Shown here: positions 35,009-45,981 of the stretch, piece by piece
Layout of the letters: each line of letters opens with the position of its first letter
Position numbering within the stretch: position 1 is the first letter of the stretch
Source: a virus
Taxonomy: Duplodnaviria > Heunggongvirae > Uroviricota > Caudoviricetes
Strand: one strand, 5' to 3'
IMG/VR virus record: IMGVR_UViG_3300009788_001732
Coordinates: 9,963-73,962 of that record
Length of the DNA: 64,000 nucleotides
The notes under the pieces: model-generated
What the model was told of the DNA's origin: nothing
The model's input: only the letters and a program-made list of their open reading frames with translations
Databases searched by the model: none
Program-made: the position numbers and the translations under genes

Positions 35009-36430
35009 TTAAAAGGCCACTATTCCAAGTGGTATCCCCCACCGTAAAGATAGATAATTTTCAACCAGCGCAACTTCAAAACTATCGAGATTCCGATTGT
35101 ACGTTAAAATCTGTCCCCACTCACCCTCAATCTTTGCATTGAACTGAGGAATCCATGCTTGGTCATTTATAAAGAACTTGCCAAAACGACCGGGATTATT
35201 CAGGATTGGTGCACCGCTCCGCTCAATGCCATTGGTTCGTAATCGAATTTGTGTATCTGAGTCACGCATTGCCATGAAGATATTTGGATCAAGTGCACAT
35301 ACAGGCCCATTGTTCGATGTTGCTAAACGAATGTCATTGTTTATATCGACCGGGTTAAACCGTAGATTGACCGGCGTGAATTGGCTTCCTGATCCGGCAA
35401 AATGAAGCTGTTCAACCACAGCACCCCCTGACGTATCTTGCAGTGCCCATACACCACGCTCAGTAGCACTTGAGTCGTCGCAAATTGGCGCCGTTTCAAG
35501 AGCGATTTGTAGTTGTTGTTCGGCAAGTTCAGGTGAAAATAATTGTGGGAACCGTGTTGCGAGATCGTAGAATGCATAGGCTTCGCCACCGACAGTTGTC
35601 ATCACCCAGAAAATAGTTCCACGCCTCGCTGGAAACAACGACATATTACTAGTGGTTACCATTGAGGCTGTGTCGGAACCAAATTGGTTATCCACAGTCC
35701 CAAAGGAAACTACAGGGCGGTTGTTGAAGATTACACTTGCTTCATTAAAGATGGGAGACCGGTCCAGAGTAGGATTGAATACTCCGCCGATGCGACCAAT
35801 TAGATTATTACCAGCCGGACCACTGTCAGCCCATGGGGTAAGAAGACTTCCACTTGTCACACCTGTAATTTGTGTAGCATCCCAATTATTCTGCAAGGCG
35901 CCAAATGTTGGCAATGGTGTTTCAATGGACAAATTTTGCCGTAACAGAGACAATTCTGACTGTGCATCGGAGGCATAAGTAGTTGAAAATTGCTTAGTGT
36001 CGCCGTCCAGTGTTGCTTGACTCCGGACCCCTTCAAATTCGATGGTCACTGCGCAAGTTTCACCCACCGGCCAATCTTGTTGAGTGGGCAGCCCACGGCG
36101 TGTCACCTCAATCTCGAATGGATTATTGATGATATTTCCAACCCAGGCGCGTTCTTCATGGTCTTCTATAAAGACGGTTTGCGCATGATAAGACCGATAG
36201 AACTCTAAGAGTTCCAATGCTTTGTTGCGTGTCAGGACAAAATCCCATTGCAATCGTCGGCGGCCACCACGACTCTTGACATATGTTCTACGATTACCTT
36301 GTATAGTGCGTAGGATATTCAGAGACCCTGTAGCCCCCTCTGAGTTTCCAAACTGTGGGTTTGGAAGTACAGTTGTCGTTTGAATCAATGGGTATGGACC
36401 CACAAATGTGAATGCCATTATACACCCCAC
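35009..36430 (-). CDS. tail structural protein
   Basis: 473 aa; call by position only. Confidence 0.4.
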   Translation of the reverse strand: MGCIMAFTFVGPYPLIQTTTVLPNPQFGNSEGATGSLNILRTIQGNRRTYVKSRGGRRRLQWDFVLTRNKALELLEFYRSYHAQTVFIEDHEERAWVGNIINNPFEIEVTRRGLPTQQDWPVGETCAVTIEFEGVRSQATLDGDTKQFSTTYASDAQSELSLLRQNLSIETPLPTFGALQNNWDATQITGVTSGSLLTPWADSGPAGNNLIGRIGGVFNPTLDRSPIFNEASVIFNNRPVVSFGTVDNQFGSDTASMVTTSNMSLFPARRGTIFWVMTTVGGEAYAFYDLATRFPQLFSPELAEQQLQIALETAPICDDSSATERGVWALQDTSGGAVVEQLHFAGSGSQFTPVNLRFNPVDINNDIRLATSNNGPVCALDPNIFMAMRDSDTQIRLRTNGIERSGAPILNNPGRFGKFFINDQAWIPQFNAKIEGEWGQILTYNRNLDSFEVALVENYLSLRWGIPLGIVAF

Positions 36431-39400
36431 TTCGCTTCAATAAGTCCTTCAACCGTGAGTACGTCTTCATCACTTAGAATATCGTCGTAGAAAAGCACCT
36501 GTGCCATGTCAAGATCAACACTATTGCCAGCGCCACTAAAGCCACCGAAGTACAGATCTTCATTCCCGGGAGTCGGATTGGTACTAAAGGTCGTTCCGTT
36601 TTCATCTACTTTGTTGCGTCGAAAAAACAGATCATTGCCATTACGCCTCAACACCAAGAGTTGAGTTGAGCCACTAGCAAGAACACTCTGCGGTGTCTCC
36701 AATGCTACGGCGCCCTCACTTGATAGTAGCGCGACAGGTCGTTCTGCGGCTGTTGAGCCGCCCAAGAATATCTTGTCAATGTTGTTACCAAGAACAACTT
36801 CATTACCACCTCCTAGTACCTCTCGAACAATCATAATGATGAAGATTGTACCAGTCTTGTTTGCCAAATTCCATAGAGGTACTTCTGCGGATGTCAACAT
36901 TCGTTGTACAGCCACGCTGTGTCGAAATTCAATTACACGTCGGTTATTCAACACGCCGTCTCGCGCGGTCGGCTCTTGTGCAACAGTCGCATTCAAAGTA
37001 ACGGGGGCGCTACCCAGGTCTCCCCAGGTTGGGACTGGGCCGCCGTCCGATACGCCTGAAGTATTTTCTGCATCCCAGTTGTGAATCAGGTTACCGAAGT
37101 CATTGAAATCCAATTCTCTAACCATGTCACTAACTGGGATAATTGATGAAGCTGCCTCAGAGAAGAATGAGTTACGAACCGCAAATGCAGACAGCACAAT
37201 ATCGTTAGAACCGAGACTAACCGGAACTTTAGTATAATCGCTAGCGTCTACAAGTGCAATAGGAGAATTTCCAGGCGCAACTGGTTCTAAGACAAAGTCC
37301 CCGTCATCTGCTATAGAAATTGCCGACAATGCTAGGGCCTCGTCTTGGCCCGCCACGTCGGCCACACCGAGGTTAGTCCGAGCAACACGATTCAACTGAT
37401 GAACCCTCGTAGCTTCGATATCCAGGTTTGCTGAAAAGCTTTCATGGCCATCATGAGTCACAGCCTCTTCTGGATTTGTAATCACGCCCTTCCAGATGCG
37501 CCCTTCATGATCATAGATGCCAATTTCTTGACCCAGCCACCGTTCCAAGAAGTTCAGTAATTGGCGGGCCTGCGTCTTTTTCAATGCAGCAAAAGTCATC
37601 TGAAGGTTTTGTACTTCTGGCCAAATTGGGTCGGCGAAAATTACAAGGGTCCCTCCCTGAGATTCTCGGTTGATCCGTGTGGCATCAATCTGTTCTCGAT
37701 TGCCAAATTGCGGCGCACGCATATCAATGAAGTCTACTGTTGTCCCAGTATCAAACGGCGGGTACGCCAGTCGGAACCGCACGCCCGGCAATTCAGGTAC
37801 ACGGGCCTCAGGCAAGATAGGTCGAGGTGGTATTGTCCCGGCATCGGATTCACTAACAAACGGAGTATAATCGCAAACTGTGGTATCACGAATCAATGAA
37901 AATCCGACTGCATGTTTCAGTGTCAGTAGGCTTTCAGTCGGTAAGTTGGCACGATCTAGCGTGAATAATGCTCGATCACCCACCGTGATTATAGTGGGCG
38001 CATCTTCTGCATTGAGTATAGCAATTGCTGATACTTGCAATGAATCAATAATTGTCTCAGCGGCTGCATCGATGCTCTCATTTGCAAATTGTATCAGTCC
38101 AATTACAGATTCAGCTGTAAGATCAATTCCATCAACTAAGAGATGAACGCCTTGCGCTTGGTCAGCAATAATGATGAGCGTAGCAGGATTACGCAGTGGA
38201 TCAGTGTTAACTGTAACTTCATCTGACATACCAAACGGAATGCCAGGAATGATTGGACCAAATGGCGGTAAAAAGATATCGTCAGTTACGCCGCTAAGCT
38301 TGTTTTCACTTGCAACAAGGTACGGCCGAAGAACATTGATATCTTGATTGATTGGGATGGCACTATTGGCATCCAGGTGCTGAATACTGGATGTAATAGT
38401 TTGCACAAGAGTGATGATATTTTCACTAAAGCGCTCATATGCACCCGGGCGAGCGATGTGCTCTAACTCAATGATCGAAGTGGCTTGTAATGATACGAAG
38501 CCTTCAGACGCCGCTGTTGTTATAGTTAGTGTGTTGACGGCTGAATAAACTTTAAAGACTGTCGCAGTGTGTGTCAACGAGATCGGAGACACCACGTTGC
38601 GTGTCTTAACATTGTTATCAGCAAAATCCAGCAAAGTTAACGAGTTTTCAGCACTAACACTTCGCTTACCAGTTGGCTGCGGTAAATCTTGTGTTACCGT
38701 AATGGTACTACTGGTCGATGCTTCAAATGTATCGGCAAGTCGAGCCGCGTTAATCCAATTATCTGTGAACGTTGGCAAATCGTCCGCATCATCAGATTGT
38801 GGATCAGGCGTGATAGCCTGTAAGTTTCTAATATTGGTGTCAACGATTTGAGACCAAGTGTCGTCGATATCTATTTCGGTCTCGACTACTCGACCAAACG
38901 TGCTAAAATCAACAACAGCCGTATCGCTAACAGCAATTGTATTATTGGGAGTAAGTTCAATCGGCCCAGCAATCGTTTCATCCTGAGCCAACGTAATAGT
39001 GCTTGTAGCGCTGGCTTCAAGAATATTATTTGCTACCACCCCCGCTATAGTTATGTTAGTTTCGGCATCAACTGACAGGATGGTAGTTTTTTTATCAGCA
39101 CTTTGAGACAAACTGATTGGGCTAGATGCAAAACCTTCGCTTATCCCTGAGTCAGAGTCGGCACCAACAAGTACGAGTGTATTGCTGGCGAACACCGTGA
39201 ACAGACCCGGCTGTACAGTTACCTGTAGGGTAACTGATGTGGTAGCACTGATCATGCGATGGTTATGATCACCGGTAACGCCCATAGCAGGAGTGCTAGT
39301 AGCAGACAATAATCTAATGCTAGACGTAACAGTTTGCGTCCAGTTTCCATCAATATCAATATCTGTTATAGCAGGCGCACTGATAGACTTCGCCACTATA

Positions 39401-39948
39401 TCTGCGATGTCAGTGACTGCAATCGTGTTGTCGGCGCCGGTCATAAGCATACCAGGGCCAGTAGCTTGTGAGCCAGCAGCTAGCATAAATGAGAGACCAA
39501 GGATAGAGTCCTTGGTGGCGAGTTCCCCAGTATCCTGTGGAACATCAGCATTTGCCGGATGCCCGATCTGCATAGTGAGACCGGGCAGAGAATTCTGAGA
39601 ACCAACCTTGCCCGTGGTTTCAGGTATTGTGAGAGAGGGACCTTGAGCGCCAGCTCCTGGCTGCAACGTGTCTGTTGCAAGACCAGATTGTTTTGTGCCT
39701 AGCACACCAGTAAGACCGCGGTGATCATTGGCGCGCAGAACTTCTACATAATGCGCCGTCATGCGCAATAGGCCAGCTGTGTTCGCACCGGAGCCAGCGA
39801 CTTCGATGTGCTGCGCTTCGACTCGAATCTTTGTCCCGAGATCGACGACGCCTGCAATTTCGACGTGTTGAGCTTCAACACGAATGCCTTTTGCAGCTAC
39901 GCCGGCTACCGCGACTTCAATGTATTGGGCAGTTAAACGGAGCGCCAT
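36418..39948 (-). CDS. large tail fibre/spike-like protein with N-terminal tandem repeats
   Basis: 1176 aa. The N-terminus has four ~19-aa repeats (IRVEAQHVEIAG-like), mirrored as DNA repeats at 39727-39948. Confidence 0.45.
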   Translation of the reverse strand: MALRLTAQYIEVAVAGVAAKGIRVEAQHVEIAGVVDLGTKIRVEAQHIEVAGSGANTAGLLRMTAHYVEVLRANDHRGLTGVLGTKQSGLATDTLQPGAGAQGPSLTIPETTGKVGSQNSLPGLTMQIGHPANADVPQDTGELATKDSILGLSFMLAAGSQATGPGMLMTGADNTIAVTDIADIVAKSISAPAITDIDIDGNWTQTVTSSIRLLSATSTPAMGVTGDHNHRMISATTSVTLQVTVQPGLFTVFASNTLVLVGADSDSGISEGFASSPISLSQSADKKTTILSVDAETNITIAGVVANNILEASATSTITLAQDETIAGPIELTPNNTIAVSDTAVVDFSTFGRVVETEIDIDDTWSQIVDTNIRNLQAITPDPQSDDADDLPTFTDNWINAARLADTFEASTSSTITVTQDLPQPTGKRSVSAENSLTLLDFADNNVKTRNVVSPISLTHTATVFKVYSAVNTLTITTAASEGFVSLQATSIIELEHIARPGAYERFSENIITLVQTITSSIQHLDANSAIPINQDINVLRPYLVASENKLSGVTDDIFLPPFGPIIPGIPFGMSDEVTVNTDPLRNPATLIIIADQAQGVHLLVDGIDLTAESVIGLIQFANESIDAAAETIIDSLQVSAIAILNAEDAPTIITVGDRALFTLDRANLPTESLLTLKHAVGFSLIRDTTVCDYTPFVSESDAGTIPPRPILPEARVPELPGVRFRLAYPPFDTGTTVDFIDMRAPQFGNREQIDATRINRESQGGTLVIFADPIWPEVQNLQMTFAALKKTQARQLLNFLERWLGQEIGIYDHEGRIWKGVITNPEEAVTHDGHESFSANLDIEATRVHQLNRVARTNLGVADVAGQDEALALSAISIADDGDFVLEPVAPGNSPIALVDASDYTKVPVSLGSNDIVLSAFAVRNSFFSEAASSIIPVSDMVRELDFNDFGNLIHNWDAENTSGVSDGGPVPTWGDLGSAPVTLNATVAQEPTARDGVLNNRRVIEFRHSVAVQRMLTSAEVPLWNLANKTGTIFIIMIVREVLGGGNEVVLGNNIDKIFLGGSTAAERPVALLSSEGAVALETPQSVLASGSTQLLVLRRNGNDLFFRRNKVDENGTTFSTNPTPGNEDLYFGGFSGAGNSVDLDMAQVLFYDDILSDEDVLTVEGLIEAKWGV

Positions 39949-39961
39949 TGTCTCGCTTTCG

Positions 39962-41074
39962 TTATGCTACATGACGAACGCCAAACTGGGCGTTATTTAT
40001 ATCTTTCACAGTCCACTGCTGTCCGTTGCGTGGTTCAGTTTCAAAAATTGATGCCTCTCCAAAATAAACATCTTCAATTCTTGATTTGTTAGAAAGTGAA
40101 CTAGCGTTAAGTGGAAATAGCCCCACCGATTCTTTATTCTTAGATCGAACAATGTTGTTCAATCCCCTTGGTTCGCCTGCGTTGGTAATCTTTACAATGG
40201 GATGTACTAGGACGCCAAAGATTGGTGTGCTTAATTCTGAAGGCAACTCTGCATATTTGAATAATTCTGTGTTATCAATTATACCAGTTTCTACATAATC
40301 GGTATCTTCAGGCACCGCTGTGAATGGAACATCATCGATGTGAGCTACATGATCTGCGCCTGTGTTCTTTGACCATTGTGTGAAATCTCCATCAGCCACG
40401 GGTAAAATAGTTTCAATAGCTACATCACCCAAGAAATCATTGTTTATTGTGCCGCCAGTATCACAAATATAAAGATCATCAGTCAGCGCGTTTAGAGACA
40501 TCCGAGTGAAATCGAGTCTAAGAGTATCCCATCCCTCTCCGGATATGTCTGCTGAATCAAGAGTTGTTGCTGACTCCCATACAATTTGTCCATTAAGACG
40601 CATGATAATGAAACCAGTGGTATCGTTAGTTCTGATCTTAACTTCCATGTAATACCAAGTATTCAAATTGATTAAGTCAGCCGGGCTTGTAGCCAGCAGC
40701 GTGCCATTCGCTCGTAAGAATCGGAACGTATTGTCACTGGTTTCATAGCGCACAACACTTTGTGAGTCTACTCCCAGCATCACAGAAATCCAATTGGCAT
40801 TATCAACGAAGGCAGTTCCAATCTTCACTGCAAAACCTATGATAAGATCATTGTCATTATTGCGATCTCGAAGAGAAGTAAATTGTTGAAACTGTCCGTT
40901 GGCGCCCCATTGCAAAGCATTTCCACGACCTCCTCGGCCAGTTACAACTTGTGCATCGGTGCCGAGCAAAACGTCAATTTCTCGACGCGCTTTTGATACC
41001 ATTGTATCTTCAAAGACTTGCCCAGTTAAAGACTGATCAAGCCATTCATAACCGTCTAACCATAGCAGAGACAT
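39962..41074 (-). CDS. tail-fibre-like paralog family B, member 3
   Basis: Shares N-terminus MSLLWLDGYEWLD and C-terminal ...AQFGV... with the next two genes. Confidence 0.45.
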   Translation of the reverse strand: MSLLWLDGYEWLDQSLTGQVFEDTMVSKARREIDVLLGTDAQVVTGRGGRGNALQWGANGQFQQFTSLRDRNNDNDLIIGFAVKIGTAFVDNANWISVMLGVDSQSVVRYETSDNTFRFLRANGTLLATSPADLINLNTWYYMEVKIRTNDTTGFIIMRLNGQIVWESATTLDSADISGEGWDTLRLDFTRMSLNALTDDLYICDTGGTINNDFLGDVAIETILPVADGDFTQWSKNTGADHVAHIDDVPFTAVPEDTDYVETGIIDNTELFKYAELPSELSTPIFGVLVHPIVKITNAGEPRGLNNIVRSKNKESVGLFPLNASSLSNKSRIEDVYFGEASIFETEPRNGQQWTVKDINNAQFGVRHVA

Positions 41075-42219
41075 TAGGGCATCTCCACGCCGAACTCGGC
41101 GCTATCGATTTCGGCTGGCGTCCATGCGGCAGCCGTATCAGGATTCTGTTCAAAGACAGTTTGATTAGTAAACATATCATTAGTTTGATCATGACGCACA
41201 GTGTGATCAACACGGCTTTCGGTGATATTTTCTCTTGCTACGATTCCTAACGCAAGAGGCTGCTCGGCAGTGATACGTCTCCATGTAGAAACTTGAACAC
41301 CGTGGATCAATGAGGCAGTAGCAAGAGTTGATAGATTTTCGTATGTAAACAAAGACTTCTCGCCCGTCGCGTCTCCTTCCAAATAGTCTGCTTCATCTAT
41401 CGGCGTAGTCATTGATTGGGCTTCGTCCACTAAAGCAGAATGATTAGTGCCGGAGCTAGGTGTAAATGTGGACGTTGTACCATCGGCGTCTGGGTTAAGA
41501 AATTCAACTACGGTGTCTCCTAGATAATCATTATTGACGGTCCCCGAGCCATCGAGGATATACACGTCGTCTAAGAGCGTATTAGTTGCTAAGGCAGAAA
41601 GTTCTATTTGAACACCATCCCAGTAAAAATCGCCCGCAAACACCTTGGTGTCATACGTACCGGCAGTCCAAACGGTTGTGCCATCGATCTTAAATTCCCA
41701 CGTGCCTAATGAATCATGAATGCGCCATTTTATCTCAAGATACATCCAACCTTGGTTTACAAAGAACAGCACGGGACTTTCTTCAAGAAATGTCACGTCA
41801 TCACGGTATGCCGATACTGTTCCGGTCTGGTTGATACGAAATGTTAGGTTGTCTCTACCGCCGGTGTAAACACCAAAGAAAGTATCATTGTTGCCGATAA
41901 CAGTATCATTGTGCAGCTTAATACGCATGCCACAAACACCGATCTGGTCGACAGTTTGATCGCGAAGTGAGCCTGTACGAATAAGCTGTGCAATATTTCC
42001 AAATTGAAGTGCATTTCCGCCGTGTGCTCCCGTGACTGAGATACCATCTTCAAATGTCAGTAGGTCTACAAGAGCCCATTTACGTCGCAATAAATCGGCG
42101 TAATTTATAGATGTGATTGTTGGAAATACATCTGCGTAATCGAATGAGTCCAAGAATAATAGTGACATTATCCTACCTCCACTCCGGCTTGGAGTGCATT
42201 CAAATTTGCGATTGTCCAA
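41074..42219 (-). CDS. tail-fibre-like paralog family B, member 2
   Basis: MSLLFLDSFDYAD...EIDSAEFGVEMP. Confidence 0.45.
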   Translation of the reverse strand: MDNRKFECTPSRSGGRIMSLLFLDSFDYADVFPTITSINYADLLRRKWALVDLLTFEDGISVTGAHGGNALQFGNIAQLIRTGSLRDQTVDQIGVCGMRIKLHNDTVIGNNDTFFGVYTGGRDNLTFRINQTGTVSAYRDDVTFLEESPVLFFVNQGWMYLEIKWRIHDSLGTWEFKIDGTTVWTAGTYDTKVFAGDFYWDGVQIELSALATNTLLDDVYILDGSGTVNNDYLGDTVVEFLNPDADGTTSTFTPSSGTNHSALVDEAQSMTTPIDEADYLEGDATGEKSLFTYENLSTLATASLIHGVQVSTWRRITAEQPLALGIVARENITESRVDHTVRHDQTNDMFTNQTVFEQNPDTAAAWTPAEIDSAEFGVEMP

Positions 42220-43265
42220 GCGACTGCTGTATCTGGGTCAGTATCTCGGACATTGAATAGACTCTCAAATGTTTGGCCTGCAATTGCTTGAGCCGCTTCT
42301 GGGTAATTTATGCCGCCTGACTTGAGTGCGTTTATGAGAGTAAAGTCACTCGCGTCTGTTTCTCGTACCACTGAGTTGATTTGAATACCATGAACAGCCG
42401 TGTAGTTTGTTGATAGGTCATCGTAAGTGAACAAGGTCCTGTTTGTTGATACAGTATCTTGTATGTAATCACTATCATCATCATGCGGGGCTGTTTCATT
42501 TACTAGAGCGAAACTGTCAATGCCGCTGCTAGTCGTCCAAGCTTCGTCATCGCCGTCTGCATCTGGATGCAATGATTTGAATGTCGTTTGTCCAGGGTAA
42601 TTTGTGAGATCGCCGCCGTCGTTATCCCACGCAATGCAGCCTGCATATTGTGTACGATTAGCTCCGCCTAGGAGGCCATGAATTTGAATTGCGGAAAAGT
42701 CCCCGTTACCAGCGTTGCGGGTGTCGACACCCGCCACTGTCCAGATAGTGGAGCCGTCGACTCGAAATTCGTATGAACCTGTTGAATCATTGATGACTGT
42801 TTTATATTCCACCCAGTACCATTGGTTGGTCTCAAAGATAAAATCGGTAATGGTTTCAATAAAAGTGGTCCCTAGATACACAGAAATAGTGCCGGAAGAA
42901 TCCATTCTTGCATTGATATGAAACCGGTCGCCTAAGGAATCAACAAGTCCGAACCACGAAACAGGGGTTCCCCAGCCTATTGTGCTAAGTCCACGGAACC
43001 AAAAACCCATTCCAACTTCAGCAGTTGAGGTAGTAGTCTTGGGTAGTGGTAAACGTATGACATGTGATGTCTCAGCAAAGGATAGAGCAGCACCATTGCC
43101 GCCGACACCCGCAACAGTTGTTGCATCATCTGCGGCTGTGAAATTGAAATTATCTCCGCGCCCTTTTCTATTCCCTAAATGAGTATCCAATTGAGGACCG
43201 CTTAACCCGATATCCAACCAATCAAAAGATTCAACAAGTAATAGTGCCATTATTCCCCGCTCCAA
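42168..43265 (-). CDS. tail-fibre-like paralog family B, member 1
   Basis: MALLLVESFDWLD...LNALQAGVEVG. Confidence 0.45.
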   Translation of the reverse strand: MERGIMALLLVESFDWLDIGLSGPQLDTHLGNRKGRGDNFNFTAADDATTVAGVGGNGAALSFAETSHVIRLPLPKTTTSTAEVGMGFWFRGLSTIGWGTPVSWFGLVDSLGDRFHINARMDSSGTISVYLGTTFIETITDFIFETNQWYWVEYKTVINDSTGSYEFRVDGSTIWTVAGVDTRNAGNGDFSAIQIHGLLGGANRTQYAGCIAWDNDGGDLTNYPGQTTFKSLHPDADGDDEAWTTSSGIDSFALVNETAPHDDDSDYIQDTVSTNRTLFTYDDLSTNYTAVHGIQINSVVRETDASDFTLINALKSGGINYPEAAQAIAGQTFESLFNVRDTDPDTAVAWTIANLNALQAGVEVG

Positions 43266-44164
43266 GAAAATAGTTTGGCAAAGAAATTAGGCGGATTAGC
43301 TGCACCTGTTTTTCCATCCACAATCCAACAAATTTCATCTGGTCCACCGGCCATAAAAGTTATTCGACCGAAAGTTGCATACTCGATGAAATCAATCCCG
43401 TTCTTCGAGAGTCTGAACTTTAGGTCTGTGTTATTATCCTCAATTTCAAACCAAATGATACCGCTTCGTGCCTGTTGCCACTCTACAGCAGTGCCAAACG
43501 TGCCGTTTAACACAGTAGGGCTGTCGAAGTTGAAACCGTTGATATTAGAAGTCTCGTCGACACGGTTGCAAATAAAACTCAATTCACCAGTCGAATTTTC
43601 TCGGAAACCAAGCCCTACGAAAGGTCCATTGACTGCATTAGTGATAGTGCTTTGGATCATTGCCGCGCGGATCGTATATGGCGGTGTTGGTGCAGCTCGT
43701 AAAAGTACGCGGATATCGTTTGCTACTGTTTGAGGGTGTTCACAAACAATATTGCCATTTGCGTCAGTGCTATATGTAGCTGTGCCTAGGTTCACTTCTG
43801 TGAAGTTGGTATTATCAATGGTTGCTTGAGTAGAGTTAACAAGGCGATACGGCGATCTTATCCCAGCCAACGGATCGCTAAAATCTTTTACACGTTGAAG
43901 CAACGCATCTGTTGTAAGAATTGCCTTAACGGCCGCCCCCGATACATGGGCTACACCAGTGGTACTTTCGATGCCGCGAACTACAGTAAACACAGAGCCA
44001 GAGACAGCCGTTACTAGCAGCAACTCTTGTTCAATTAAGAGTCGAAAATCACCCTCAGTTGGAAACAGGGAAGTATCAAAAACAGTCAAAGAAGTTGCGA
44101 CATCTGTGATTGCACCGTTCAAGGATGTAACGGCGCTGTTTACAAATCGTTCTTGGCGTGCCAT
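43250..44164 (-). CDS. paralog family C, member 4 (tail-associated)
   Basis: Conserved N-terminus R(E/Q)RxxNxA...FPxEGxFRxxIxxEIMLVTAxSGNxLTVxRG and C-terminal VW(F/L)xxEDDxTD(L/I)xFR(L/V)SxDGxNF. Confidence 0.45.
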   Translation of the reverse strand: MARQERFVNSAVTSLNGAITDVATSLTVFDTSLFPTEGDFRLLIEQELLLVTAVSGSVFTVVRGIESTTGVAHVSGAAVKAILTTDALLQRVKDFSDPLAGIRSPYRLVNSTQATIDNTNFTEVNLGTATYSTDANGNIVCEHPQTVANDIRVLLRAAPTPPYTIRAAMIQSTITNAVNGPFVGLGFRENSTGELSFICNRVDETSNINGFNFDSPTVLNGTFGTAVEWQQARSGIIWFEIEDNNTDLKFRLSKNGIDFIEYATFGRITFMAGGPDEICWIVDGKTGAANPPNFFAKLFSWSGE

Positions 44165-45084
44165 TATGATTCATCCCATGCTACGAGTGTTGTTTGGAGA
44201 GGGACGGGATTACCAAAGTTATTGACTGAGATACCAATCTGGTCTGGAGTCAAAAATGTTAGGCGTGCTTCACGACCAATCTCGATGAAGTTTATCCCAT
44301 CTGCTGACAATCGAAAGATCAAATCGGTGTTATCGTCTTCTACTTGAAACCACGTGACGTTTCGGCTACTACCGCTCCAAAAGTCGCCTGGAATGAAGGC
44401 TGTTGCTGTCGCTGTCGGGCTGTTGAATTTGAAAACATTCGCCTTAATCGCGTCTAAACCTGATTGCCCAAAGTGATAGAATTCTCCGGTCATATCATCA
44501 CGAACACAGGCCCCGCAGGTCGGAAGATCAGACGCAGAGTCTGGTACAAATAAGTTTGGGATGAATCCAACTGTCCAGACCCATGGTGCAGCCGGAGCTG
44601 CAATAACCATGAGTCCAAAGTTATTTGCCGCACCCTGAGCCTGCTTTTCGACTAAAATCGAACCTTGTGACTGATCTGTCTTGGATGTAGTTCCATCGCC
44701 AGCAAAATTAATATCGGCGAAACTTGTGCTTGTTAAAACACCTCCAGCAGCATTGATCAACTGATGAGGGATAGCATTTGAGTCATCAAAGAACGGATTA
44801 TTCCAATCTCGCTGCATTCGTTGAATGCCCTCGCGGGTGATAATCTGGGCGACGTTAGCGCCGTCAGTGTGTGCAGCAGCAAGGCTTGACTCGGCACCCC
44901 GCGTGACAGTCAAGCTGTTACCGGCGATTGCAGTCACCAACATTATTTCCGAATCAATGATGATTCGGAACTGTGGGAGCGGCGAGAACACACTGGCATC
45001 GGCAACTGCGACCGTTGTAGTCGAGTTATCAATGGTACCGTTAAGTAAGGTCACCGATCCATTTTCAATACGTTCTCGCGCCAT
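44164..45084 (-). CDS. paralog family C, member 3
   Basis: Same conserved blocks; start/stop overlap with its neighbours. Confidence 0.45.
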   Translation of the reverse strand: MARERIENGSVTLLNGTIDNSTTTVAVADASVFSPLPQFRIIIDSEIMLVTAIAGNSLTVTRGAESSLAAAHTDGANVAQIITREGIQRMQRDWNNPFFDDSNAIPHQLINAAGGVLTSTSFADINFAGDGTTSKTDQSQGSILVEKQAQGAANNFGLMVIAAPAAPWVWTVGFIPNLFVPDSASDLPTCGACVRDDMTGEFYHFGQSGLDAIKANVFKFNSPTATATAFIPGDFWSGSSRNVTWFQVEDDNTDLIFRLSADGINFIEIGREARLTFLTPDQIGISVNNFGNPVPLQTTLVAWDES

Positions 45085-45087
45085 TGT

Positions 45088-45981
45088 TTACTCCTGCCAT
45101 GCCAATAATTGTACGTAGCCTTCATTGGTGCTCAAATTATTGATTGATATCCCCACTTGATCAGGCGCTCCACCTAATTCCACCGTGCGCCCTTGTGAAA
45201 AAATGTCAATGAAATAGATACCGTCGAAGGATACTCGCATTTGTAAGTCCACTCCATCATCTTCTAATTTGAACCAAACGATTCCAGCGGGACTGGGCTC
45301 AAATCGTCTAAATGCATTCACTCCATTCTGAAAGACATCTCCAAGGTTGTGCTCAACTCGCCATCGTTCACTAAGCTGGTCAAATGGACGATGCCGCCAA
45401 TTAAGAGTTGAGTTATTTGATGAGCGTCTAAAATGAGGCCCATAGATTCCACCTTCGGCACCCGTGACAGATACTGCGTTGAGTCGATATGCTCCTGTAA
45501 TCACATATGGAGTCGCAAGGGTGGGTCGTACAATCTGTGAGATTGTTGTTATTGCACTGTTAGGTTGTCGCATAATGATGGCCCCGCCAGGGTCATCGGT
45601 CAGTGTCAATGTCGATCCATTAACAACTGTAAAGTCTGAGGATGTTATAATGTTCCCATTTGTATCGGCGATTCGGAATGAGGGGCGTTGCGGCGACATT
45701 GGGAAGCATTGCTCAGCCAAAAATCGATCAATGCTTCCTTGGGCTATAACTGCCCGTACCTGAGAACCATTTACATGATTAACACTATCAGCACGAATCA
45801 CTGTGAAGGTGTTTCCACTTACTTGTGTAACAACCATAATTTCATTGTCAACAATGACATGGAATACACCCTCAGTTGGAAAATCAGAGGCGTTCAATAC
45901 AGAGATGCTAGTATCACTGGGGGCCGATGGTGCTGACAATACAGTTTCCGCACTGTTAGGAATTCGTTGTTGTGCTACCAT
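45088..45981 (-). CDS. paralog family C, member 2
   Basis: Same conserved blocks. Confidence 0.45.
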   Translation of the reverse strand: MVAQQRIPNSAETVLSAPSAPSDTSISVLNASDFPTEGVFHVIVDNEIMVVTQVSGNTFTVIRADSVNHVNGSQVRAVIAQGSIDRFLAEQCFPMSPQRPSFRIADTNGNIITSSDFTVVNGSTLTLTDDPGGAIIMRQPNSAITTISQIVRPTLATPYVITGAYRLNAVSVTGAEGGIYGPHFRRSSNNSTLNWRHRPFDQLSERWRVEHNLGDVFQNGVNAFRRFEPSPAGIVWFKLEDDGVDLQMRVSFDGIYFIDIFSQGRTVELGGAPDQVGISINNLSTNEGYVQLLAWQE

